Positions 1 to 8,131 of a stretch of DNA of 64,000 nt are shown in pieces. This DNA is from Halorussus marinus (GTDB lineage Archaea; Halobacteriota; Halobacteria; Halobacteriales; Haladaptataceae), in contig NZ_SBIV01000002.1 in assembly GCF_004765795.1 (NCBI RefSeq), positions 248,001 to 312,000 on the forward strand, given 5' to 3'. The notes beneath the pieces were generated by a model, which saw only the letters and a program-made list of their open reading frames with translations, was not told the origin of the DNA and searched no databases. The translations under genes and the position numbers were made by a program. Within the stretch, counting starts at the first letter, position 1; each line of letters starts with the position of its first letter.

Positions 1-413
1 GTCTCGTGCTCGACGCGCGGGCGAACCTCTCGACAGCGGGGTACGACGGCGTGTTCGTCGACCGTCGGAACGGCGCCGACGGACTCCCGGAGTACGCGCC
101 GTTCGACCGCATTCTGGTGGAGGCCGCCGCGGTCGAGCCGCCCCGGGCGCTGATCGACCAGCTCGCGCCCGACGGCCGGCTGGTGATTCCGCTCGGGACC
201 GGCGAGCAGTCGCTGACGATCGTGACCGACGATGAGTCGGCGTCCCGGCCGCTCGGGACCGTGCTGTTCGCGCCGCTGCTCGCCGACGGCGAGCACGCAG
301 ACGCCGTCGAGCGCAACCGGACCGTCCGCGAGGACCGCGAGCGCGCCGATCGGGCCCGCGAACGCCGGACCGGCTGGGAGCACGACTGGATCGACTGGGA
401 CGGCTACTCGTAG
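1..413 (+). CDS. pcm: Protein-L-isoaspartate O-methyltransferase, 3' part (truncated by window edge)
   Basis: DGLPEYAPFDRILVEAA...QLAPDGRLVIP motifs typical of PIMT. Confidence 0.85.
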   Translation, partial: LVLDARANLSTAGYDGVFVDRRNGADGLPEYAPFDRILVEAAAVEPPRALIDQLAPDGRLVIPLGTGEQSLTIVTDDESASRPLGTVLFAPLLADGEHADAVERNRTVREDRERADRARERRTGWEHDWIDWDGYS

Positions 414-895
414 TCGGCCAACACGAGTATCGCGGTGTTTTCCCGATCGTCGGCGTACTCGGTGCCGGCGGGGGGCTTTATCGACACGTCGAGGGTTCCC
501 TCCGGCTGATTCGAACCCAGTTCGGGGTCGATGTCGACGGTCGCCCGACCGTCGTCGCCGGTCGTCCCGGTGGCGACGCCGTCGATCGTCGCCGTGCCGC
601 TCCGGACGACGACCGTCGCGTCCGAGACCGGGGCGCCGTCCGGGTCGACCACTTCGACCTCGACGCTCTGGTCGGTCGGACCGACCACGTCCGGCGACGG
701 TCTGGCGTCGAGTTCGGTCACGGTGAGGCCGTTCAGCCCCGAGAGCATGTTCATCATCACGCCGAGGCTGGCGACCCCGACCACGAGAGCGATGACGAGT
801 CGGATCGGGAGCCCCTCGATGGCGCGGTCGTCGTCGCGAAAGCGGTCGAACGCGGTGCAATCGAAGGGATCCGGACAGCCCAGTGGGTGAGCCAT
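404..895 (-). CDS. Pilin-like secreted protein with putative class III signal peptide and Ig-like domain
   Basis: DDDRA/IEGLPIRLVIALVVGVASLGVMMNML (charged leader then hydrophobic helix), then beta-rich VEVVDPDGAPVSDATVVV; ATG at 895. Confidence 0.65.
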   Translation of the reverse strand: MAHPLGCPDPFDCTAFDRFRDDDRAIEGLPIRLVIALVVGVASLGVMMNMLSGLNGLTVTELDARPSPDVVGPTDQSVEVEVVDPDGAPVSDATVVVRSGTATIDGVATGTTGDDGRATVDIDPELGSNQPEGTLDVSIKPPAGTEYADDRENTAILVLADYE

Positions 896-971
896 AGCCG
901 GGGCTGGTCCCGGCTTCGGACTTAAACCCTCGCGCGAACGTTTATCCACCGAACCGCGCCAACCGGATCGC

Positions 972-2039
972 GTGTCCCGAATCCTCGGTCGCCGCGAGTC
1001 GGAGTCCGGTCCCGAACGCCCGGCGGGCCACCTCGGTTCGTATCGCGCACGCGACGGGAGCCCCGGCGCGCGGGTCCGCCTCGACTTCGAGTCGTCCCAC
1101 GCGGGCGTCGTGGTGGGCAAGCGCGGCTACGGCAAGTCCTACACGCTGGGCGTCCTCGCCGAAGAACTCGCCGACTCGACGGGGGTCGCCCCGATCGTCG
1201 CGGACCCGATGGGAATCTTCGACTCGCTCGGGACGCTCGGCGCCGAGGTGGTCGCCGAGCCCCGGGTGGCCGCCGACGCGCTCGGCCCGCGGACGTGGTG
1301 TGACCTGCTGGGGCTCGCCCCGGACTCGGCGGTCGGGGCGCTGGTCTGGCGGGCCGCCGCGGCCCGGGCGACGCTCGAGGGAATGCAGTCGTTCGTCGCT
1401 GGCACCGACACGAAAGCCGATCGGTCGACCAGACGGGCCGCGGAGAACCACCTCGCGCTCGCCGACTCGTGGGACGCGTTCGCGCCGGACGGGCTGACCG
1501 CCGCCGACCTCCTCGGCGACCCCCCGGAGGCGGCGTCCGAGACGCGTTCGGGCGTCGTGGTCGACCTCTCCGGGCTGGACGCCGAGGCCGCGAACGCGGT
1601 CGTACGCGGGATCGCTCGCGACCTCTACGACCACTGCGTCCGCGAACGCCCGGCCCGGCTCCCGTGGCTACTCGTCGACGAGGCCCACGCGTTCTTCGAC
1701 GGCGTCGCGGGGCCCGCGCTCCGGACCGTCCTGACCCGGGGTCGCCAGCCGGGGGTCAGCCTCGTGGCGGCCACCCAGCGCCCGGCCGCGTTGCCGGCGG
1801 TCGCGGTCTCGCAGGCCGACCTCCTGTTCGCCCACCGGCTCACGTCTCGGGCGGACATAGACGCCCTCGGGGACGCCCGGCCGACGTACGTCGCGTCGGC
1901 GCTCGGCGAGCGACTCCCCGAGAAACCCGGCGAAGCGCTCGTGGTCGACGACGCGACCGAGAGCGTCCACGCGGTCCGGATCCGCGAGCGCGAGACGGCC
2001 CACGGCGGGGGCGGATCGCGGGCGTCCGATCGGGCGTGA
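972..2039 (+). CDS. HerA/FtsK-superfamily P-loop ATPase (DUF87-like)
   Basis: Walker A GKRGYGKS, Walker B LLVDEAH, RGR..GVSLVAATQRP motif. Confidence 0.85.
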   Translation: MSRILGRRESESGPERPAGHLGSYRARDGSPGARVRLDFESSHAGVVVGKRGYGKSYTLGVLAEELADSTGVAPIVADPMGIFDSLGTLGAEVVAEPRVAADALGPRTWCDLLGLAPDSAVGALVWRAAAARATLEGMQSFVAGTDTKADRSTRRAAENHLALADSWDAFAPDGLTAADLLGDPPEAASETRSGVVVDLSGLDAEAANAVVRGIARDLYDHCVRERPARLPWLLVDEAHAFFDGVAGPALRTVLTRGRQPGVSLVAATQRPAALPAVAVSQADLLFAHRLTSRADIDALGDARPTYVASALGERLPEKPGEALVVDDATESVHAVRIRERETAHGGGGSRASDRA

Positions 2040-2083
2040 GGCTTCGAAAACGGTATCCCGCCGCCGCGTCTCCTCACGGCCGG

Positions 2084-2479
2084 ATGTCGGACACGAACCC
2101 CACGGGCGCGAGCTCGGGGGCGCTTCGACCGCTCGCGCTGGTCGCGATCGGCGGGTTCGCCGGGGCGGTGGCTCGCTACGCCGTCGGAGTGGCGCTCCCG
2201 GCGGGCTTCCCGTGGGGGACGCTCGCGGTCAACGTCGCGGGGAGCTTCGCGCTGGGTGCGTTGAGCTACGAGTCTCGGCTGGTCGGTCGAGTCGGCCCCC
2301 GGACCCGGCTGATGGCCGGGACCGGCTTTCTCTCGTCGTTTACCACCTACAGCACGTTCGCGGTCGAGACCGCCGCGCTCTCGCCCGCGCTAGCGGTCGC
2401 GAACGTCGGCGCGAACTACGGACTCGGGTTCGTCGGGGTGGTGGCCGCCCGCGCAGTCGTCTCGGGGGTGGCGAGATGA
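2084..2479 (+). CDS. crcB: Fluoride efflux channel Fluc/CrcB, subunit 1
   Basis: GGFAGAVARY, GTLAVNVAGSF, GFLSSFTTYSTF motifs. Confidence 0.9.
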   Translation: MSDTNPTGASSGALRPLALVAIGGFAGAVARYAVGVALPAGFPWGTLAVNVAGSFALGALSYESRLVGRVGPRTRLMAGTGFLSSFTTYSTFAVETAALSPALAVANVGANYGLGFVGVVAARAVVSGVAR

Positions 2480-2826
2480 ACGCCCCGCTGTTGGTCGGTG
2501 CGGGCGGCGTCCTCGGGGCGGTGGCTCGCTACGCGGTCGGCCGGCGCCTTCCGGGTCGGACCGCGGACACCTTCGCGGTGAACGTCCTCGGGAGCCTCGC
2601 GCTCGGAGCCCTGACCGTGGGCGTTCCGGCGAACGCGCCGGTTTCGGCCGCGTTCGGCGTCGGCTTCTGCGGGGCCTTCACGACGTTTTCGAGTTTCGCC
2701 GTCGAGACGGTAACGCTCTACGAAGAAGGGCGACGGCGGGCGGCGGTCCGGAACGCCGTGCTCAACCTCGTCGGCGCGCTGATCGCGGTCGGGATCGGCG
2801 GCTGGCTGGCGAGCGCCCTCGGATGA
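2476..2826 (+). CDS. crcB: Fluoride efflux channel Fluc/CrcB, subunit 2
   Basis: GGVLGAVARY, VNVLGS, GFCGAFTTFSSF; ATGA overlap with upstream crcB. Confidence 0.9.
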   Translation: MNAPLLVGAGGVLGAVARYAVGRRLPGRTADTFAVNVLGSLALGALTVGVPANAPVSAAFGVGFCGAFTTFSSFAVETVTLYEEGRRRAAVRNAVLNLVGALIAVGIGGWLASALG

Positions 2827-2920
2827 GCCCCGTCGAGTGTCGGTGATCGTCGATCGCGAGCCGCCCAGATCAGACGTAGCGAGCGCACGCTACACGAGGC
2901 TCGTCGGGATGAGTCGCGGA

Positions 2921-3150
2921 AGAAAGCGCCCGAGGCGGGATTTAAACCACGGTCGTTCCACTCGCCGCGCTCGGTCACTTCCTGTTTCAAATCCCTTCGA
3001 TCGCGGGCTCGCCGGAGACGAGTGCCAGAGACGACCCAAGCAGTGCTCGTCGATATGGTTCGCGGAAGAAAGCGCCCGAGGCGGGATTTGAACCCGCGTC
3101 ACAACCGTGACAGGGTTGTATGATGGGCCACTACACCACCCGGGCTTTCG
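2921..3150. repeat. tRNA-Asp-containing ~230-bp direct repeat, copy 1 (tRNA 3'-end copy, hairpin, spacer, full tRNA)
   Basis: Near-identical to 3997-4226 with only scattered substitutions. Confidence 0.95.
3073..3145 (-). tRNA. tRNA-Asp (GTC)
   Basis: Reverse complement GCCCGGGTGGTGTAGTGGCCCATCATACAACCCTGTCACGGTTGTGACGCGGGTTCAAATCCCGCCTCGGGCG; cloverleaf, anticodon GTC; TATA-like tract about 30 nt upstream. Confidence 0.97.
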
Positions 3151-3316
3151 TCTGCACTTGCCTCTTTCGCCGGCTTATATTAAGGCGTGCCGGTTTCGTG
3201 CGCCATCGGTGTGTGCTATCGGATGGCAAGACAACTCGGTTGCCTTCACCACGGGGTCGGTGCGTTTCAGTTCGGTCCCCTCGCCCGTGTGCTTCGTCTC
3301 CAGGACCGTCCGGGGA

Positions 3317-3910
3317 ATGGTTCGACACCTATTCTACAACGGCTTCCACCCCGTGTTCCCGTGGATGGCGTTTCTGCTGTACGGGATGATTCTCGGCCGG
3401 ATGGATCTCCAGAACGTCTCCCTTCGGCGACGCGTGATGGGCGGTGCGATCGCCGTCGCGGTCGCGGCGGAATCCGTCTCGTGGATACTCACCGAGACAG
3501 TGGCCGGCAGTCTCCACTCGGTGCCGCGGTCGGATATCGCGTTCCTGTTCGGGACACAGCCGATGCCGCCGATTCCCCTCTACATTCTCGCGGGGGCTGG
3601 TACCGCAACGATAGTGATAACGGACTGTCTCGAGCTCTGTGAGTACGTCTCTAACGAAGACCTGCTTCAGCCGCTCGTCGCGACCGGACAGATGGCGTTG
3701 AGCCTCTACGTCGCACACGTCTTGCTCGGAATGGGTGCTCTGGAGGCGATCGGCCGTCTCGAAGACCAATCGCCGCCCTTCGCGATGGCCAGCGCGCTGA
3801 CGTCCTCCGTACTAAGTATCGGCTTCTCGTATCTGTGGCTCCGACGGTACTCGCGGAGTCCGCTCGAACAGGTCATGCGCACGCTGACAGATAGAGAACT
3901 CTGGTCGTGA
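3317..3910 (+). pseudogene. 5'-truncated membrane protein fragment (DUF418/YeiB-like C-terminal half)
   Basis: HPVFPWMAFLLYGMILGR ... GQMALSLYVAHV ... PLEQVMR motifs; no convincing N-terminal half; visibly lower GC than flanks. Confidence 0.65.
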
Positions 3911-3996
3911 GAACTACCGGTGGGAGAAACCGCCAGCGGGCGTTCGATTTGATCGAGCGTTCGCTCGGAGCTAGCGGCTCGCGAGTCGACGTCACC

Positions 3997-4226
3997 AGAA
4001 AGCGCCCGAGGCGGGATTTGAACCACGGCCGTTCCACTCGCCGCGCTCGGTCACTTCTTGTTTCAAATCCCTTCGATCACGGGCTCGCCAGAGACGAGTG
4101 CCCGAGACGACCCAAGCAGTGCTCGTCGATATGGTTCGCGGAAGAAAGCGCCCGAGGCGGGATTTGAACCCGCGTCACAACCGTGACAGGGTTGTATGAT
4201 GGGCCACTACACCACCCGGGCTTTCG
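3997..4226. repeat. tRNA-Asp-containing ~230-bp direct repeat, copy 2
   Basis: Near-identical to 2921-3150. Confidence 0.95.
4149..4221 (-). tRNA. tRNA-Asp (GTC), second identical copy
   Basis: Identical to 3073-3145; own upstream TATA-like CTTAAG at about 4256-4261. Confidence 0.97.
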
Positions 4227-4507
4227 AACGCATTCAGTCGTTGACCTCGGTCGGACTTAAGGCTTCTCAAACGAGTCCGGTGTGGTCGACGGTCGCGTGG
4301 GGGACTGCGCCCCAAACAATTTATACTTCGACGCAGTTCGTGACACCAATAGGCGCCCGACCGTGGCCGGGAGACGGGCGCGGCCCGGGCCGGATAGCCC
4401 GTCGTGTGGCCCCTACTTAGCAAGTCTTAAATGAGCGACGCGTGTAATGCCCTGTAGTATCTCGTGACAGCCATTTCTTCACTTTCCCAGAGAGCCCATC
4501 GCCACAC

Positions 4508-4735
4508 ATGGTAGACGTAAGCCAACACAACCTCGTTCCGGACCACAGCATCGTCGACGATGCCGAGTTAGACGACGTGCTGGAGGAGTACGACATCAAA
4601 GAGACCGACTTACCCAAGATCAAGCGGACCGACCCCGCGTTGCCCGACGACGCCGAGGTCGGCGACGTCATCAAGATCGTGCGCGACTCCCGAACGACCG
4701 ACACCGCGACCGTATACCGACTCGTCGTAGAATAA
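4508..4735 (+). CDS. rpoH: RNA polymerase subunit Rpo5 (H)
   Basis: HNLVPDH...[10 protein letters not shown]...[10 protein letters not shown]...YRLV. Confidence 0.97.
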   Translation: MVDVSQHNLVPDHSIVDDAELDDVLEEYDIKETDLPKIKRTDPALPDDAEVGDVIKIVRDSRTTDTATVYRLVVE

Positions 4736-6300
4736 TGAACAGGGAAGATCGACGCGCCATATCGCAGGAGTATTTCTCGAAAGAACGGCTCGCAGAGCAC
4801 CACTACCGCTCGTTCAACTCGTTTCTCGAGCGGGGGATGCAGCGGGTAGTCGACGAGAAAGAGACCATCGACACCGACATCGGCGACAAAGAAGACGAGG
4901 AGCCGGTCCACGTCGAACTCGGCGACGTCCGGGTCGTGACGCCGCGAGTCCGGGAGGCCGACGGGAGCGAGGAGCTCCTCTACCCTCAGGAGGCCCGGCT
5001 TCGAAACATCACCTACGCCGCGCCCGTGTTCATGGAGATGTCCATCGTCAAGGGCGAGGGCGAGGACGAACGCGTGGTCGACGCCACCGAGACCAAGGTG
5101 GGCCGGATGCCCATCATGGTCGGCTCCCAGAAGTGTAACATCGCGGGCTTCTCCGACGAGGAACTCATCGACATCGGCGAGGACCCGGCCGACCCCGGCG
5201 GCTACTTCATCGTCAACGGCTCCGAGCGGGTGCTGATGACGAGCGAGGACCTCGCGCCGAACAAGATCCTCGCGGAGTACGACAGCAAGTACGGCGACGA
5301 GATTCAGGTCGCCAAAACCTTCAGCCAGCGTCGGGGCTACCGCGCGCTGGTGCTCGTCGAGCGGACCCGCGACGGCCTGCTCGAAGTGTCGTTCCCGTCG
5401 GTCTCGGGGAGCGTCAACTTCGTCACGCTCGTCCGAGCGCTCGGGCTCGAATCCGACGAGGAGATCGTCCACCGGGTCTCCGACGACCCCGAGATCGTGA
5501 AGTTCATGCTGGAGAACCTGGAGGCCGCCGACGTCCAGACCGAGGAAGAGGCGATCGAGACCCTCGGCAAGCGCGTCGCCTCCGGACAGGGCAAAAACTA
5601 CCAGCTCAAGCGCGCGAACTACGTCATCGACCGCTACCTCCTGCCTCACCTCCACGAGGAGGGGGTCGAGGAAGAGGACGTCCGCATCAACAAGGCCTAC
5701 TACCTCTGTCGGATGGCCGAGGCGTGTTTCGAGCTCGCGCTCGAACGCCGCGAGTCCGACGACAAGGACCACTACGCGAACAAGCGCCTGAAGGTCTCGG
5801 GCGACCTCATGAAGGACCTGTTCCGGACGGCGCTCAACAAGCTGGCACGCGACGTGAAGTACCAGCTCGAACGCGCCAACATGCGCAACCGTCAGCTGTC
5901 GGTCAACACCGTGGTCCGGTCGGACGTGCTGACCGAGCGGCTCGAACACCCCATCGCGACGGGCAACTGGGTCGGCGGCCGGTCGGGCGTCTCCCAGCTG
6001 GTCGATCGCACCGACTTCATGGGCGTGTTGAGCCACCTCCGGCGGCTTCGCTCGCCGCTCTCCCGGAGCCAGCCCCACTTCGAGGCGCGGGACCTCCACG
6101 CGACCCAGTGGGGTCGCATCTGTCCCTCCGAGACCCCGGAGGGGCCAAACTGTGGGCTGGTGAAGAACTTCGCGCAGGCGATGGAGCTGTCACAGAACGT
6201 CGAAGACGAACAGGGCCTGAAACGAGAACTGGCGTCGATGGGTGTCGAGGGGATCCCCGGCATCGAGGGCGTCGAACCAACAGCAAGCGCAGACGACTAA
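4735..6300 (+). CDS. rpoB2: RNA polymerase subunit B'' (Rpo2N)
   Basis: [41 protein letters not shown]. Confidence 0.97.
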   Translation: MNREDRRAISQEYFSKERLAEHHYRSFNSFLERGMQRVVDEKETIDTDIGDKEDEEPVHVELGDVRVVTPRVREADGSEELLYPQEARLRNITYAAPVFMEMSIVKGEGEDERVVDATETKVGRMPIMVGSQKCNIAGFSDEELIDIGEDPADPGGYFIVNGSERVLMTSEDLAPNKILAEYDSKYGDEIQVAKTFSQRRGYRALVLVERTRDGLLEVSFPSVSGSVNFVTLVRALGLESDEEIVHRVSDDPEIVKFMLENLEAADVQTEEEAIETLGKRVASGQGKNYQLKRANYVIDRYLLPHLHEEGVEEEDVRINKAYYLCRMAEACFELALERRESDDKDHYANKRLKVSGDLMKDLFRTALNKLARDVKYQLERANMRNRQLSVNTVVRSDVLTERLEHPIATGNWVGGRSGVSQLVDRTDFMGVLSHLRRLRSPLSRSQPHFEARDLHATQWGRICPSETPEGPNCGLVKNFAQAMELSQNVEDEQGLKRELASMGVEGIPGIEGVEPTASADD

Positions 6301-6301
6301 C

Positions 6302-8128
6302 ATGAGTCAGGGACGAGAAGCCAAAGTGTACGTGAACGGCAGTCTGGTCGGAACCCACCCCGACCCGGAACAGCTCGCAGAACAGGTCCGCCACGCCCGC
6401 CGGCGCGGGGACATCTCCGAGATGGTCAACGTGTCGGTCAAAGAGCGGACCCGCGAGATCATCATCAACGCCGACGCCGGCCGCGCCCGGCGGCCCCTGC
6501 TGGTCGTCGAGGACGGCGAGGCCCTCATCACCGAGGAGGAGGTCGAAGCGCTCAAAAACGAGGACCTCGACTTCGAGGACCTCGTCGAGCGCGGCAAGGT
6601 CGAGTTCATCGACGCCGAGGAAGAAGAGGACATCTACGTCGCGGTCGACGAGGACGACCTCAACGACGACCACACCCACCTCGAAGTCGACCCACAGCTC
6701 ATCTTCGGCATCGGCGCGGGGATGATCCCGTACCCCGAGCACAACGCCTCCCCGCGGATCACGATGGGATCGGGGATGATCAAGCAGTCGCTCGGCCTGC
6801 CGGCGGCGAACTACCGCATCCGGCCCGACACCCGCCAGCACCTGCTCCACTACCCTCAGCTCTCGATGGTCAAGACCCAGACCACCGAGCAGATCGGTTA
6901 CGACGACCGTCCGGCCGCCCAGAACTTCACGGTCGCGGTCATGTCCTACGAGGGGTTCAACATCGAGGACGCGCTGGTCATGAACAAGGGGTCGGTCGAC
7001 CGGGCGCTCGCGCGCTCGCACTTCTTCCGGACCTACGAGGGCGAAGAGCGCCGGTACCCCGGCGGTCAGGAGGACCGCTTCGAGATCCCGTCCGACGACG
7101 TGCGCGGGGCGCGCGGCGAGGACGCCTACACCCACCTCGACGAGGACGGCCTCGTCAACCCCGAGACCCGAGTCGACGAGAGCTCGGTCCTGCTCGGGAA
7201 GACCAGCCCGCCCCGGTTCCTCGAAGAGCCCGACGACATGGGCGGTCTCTCCCCCCAGAAGCGTCGGGAGACCTCCGTCACGATGCGGTCGGGCGAGTCC
7301 GGCGTCGTCGACACGGTCACCCTGATGGAGGGCGAGGACGGCTCGAAGCTCTCGAAGGTGTCGGTGCGCGACGAGCGGATTCCCGAACTCGGCGACAAGT
7401 TCGCCTCGCGTCACGGCCAGAAGGGCGTCGTCGGCCACATCGCCCCGCAGGAGGACATGCCGTTCACCGAGGAGGGCGTCGTGCCCGACCTCATCCTCAA
7501 CCCCCACGCGCTGCCGTCCCGGATGACGGTCGGCCACGTTCTGGAGATGATCGGCGGGAAGGTCGGCGCCCTCGAAGGCCGACGCGTCGACGGCACCGCC
7601 TTCACCGGTGAAGACGAAGACGAACTCCGCGAGGGCCTCGAAGAGCAGGGGTTCAAGTCCTCGGGCAAGGAGATCATGTACTCGGGCGTCACCGGCGAGA
7701 AGATCGAGGCCGAGATCTTCATCGGCACCATCTTCTACCAGAAGCTCTACCACATGGTGTCGAACAAGCTCCACGCCCGCTCGCGCGGTCCGGTGCAAGT
7801 GCTGACCCGCCAGCCCACCGAGGGCCGGGCCCGCGAGGGCGGGCTCCGGGTCGGGGAGATGGAACGCGACGTGCTCATCGGGCACGGCGCGGCGCTCACG
7901 CTCAAAGAGCGTCTCCTCGACGAGTCGGACCGCGAGTGGATCTACGTCTGTGCGAAGTGCGGGATGAGTGCGGTCGAGAACGTCGAGCAGAACCGGGTGT
8001 ACTGCCCGAACTGCGACGAGGAGACCGACATCCACGAGATCGAGATGTCCTACGCGTTCAAGCTCCTGCTCGACGAGATGAAGGCGCTCGGTATCGCGCC
8101 GCGACTCGAACTGGAGGACGCGGTCTAA
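6302..8128 (+). CDS. rpoB1: RNA polymerase subunit B' (Rpo2C)
   Basis: [44 protein letters not shown]-terminal Zn ribbon. Confidence 0.97.
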   Translation: MSQGREAKVYVNGSLVGTHPDPEQLAEQVRHARRRGDISEMVNVSVKERTREIIINADAGRARRPLLVVEDGEALITEEEVEALKNEDLDFEDLVERGKVEFIDAEEEEDIYVAVDEDDLNDDHTHLEVDPQLIFGIGAGMIPYPEHNASPRITMGSGMIKQSLGLPAANYRIRPDTRQHLLHYPQLSMVKTQTTEQIGYDDRPAAQNFTVAVMSYEGFNIEDALVMNKGSVDRALARSHFFRTYEGEERRYPGGQEDRFEIPSDDVRGARGEDAYTHLDEDGLVNPETRVDESSVLLGKTSPPRFLEEPDDMGGLSPQKRRETSVTMRSGESGVVDTVTLMEGEDGSKLSKVSVRDERIPELGDKFASRHGQKGVVGHIAPQEDMPFTEEGVVPDLILNPHALPSRMTVGHVLEMIGGKVGALEGRRVDGTAFTGEDEDELREGLEEQGFKSSGKEIMYSGVTGEKIEAEIFIGTIFYQKLYHMVSNKLHARSRGPVQVLTRQPTEGRAREGGLRVGEMERDVLIGHGAALTLKERLLDESDREWIYVCAKCGMSAVENVEQNRVYCPNCDEETDIHEIEMSYAFKLLLDEMKALGIAPRLELEDAV

Positions 8129-8131
8129 ACC

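Noticed and set aside
1518..1556. Short hairpin GCGTC-CGA-GACGC in a polar loop of the ATPase (similar weak stem in FAU-1 at 54140-54164)
   Set aside because: The stems are short or imperfect and expected by chance at this GC content. Revisit only if the 32209 element family is confirmed.
2040..2083. Possible fluoride riboswitch upstream of the crcB pair
   Set aside because: Only 44 bp are available and no GGCGATG...TGATG-type consensus is visible.
2921..4170. Four ~28-bp repeats read as a CRISPR array
   Set aside because: The repeats are tRNA 3' ends, the spacers are over 100 bp and duplicated, and no cas genes are present.
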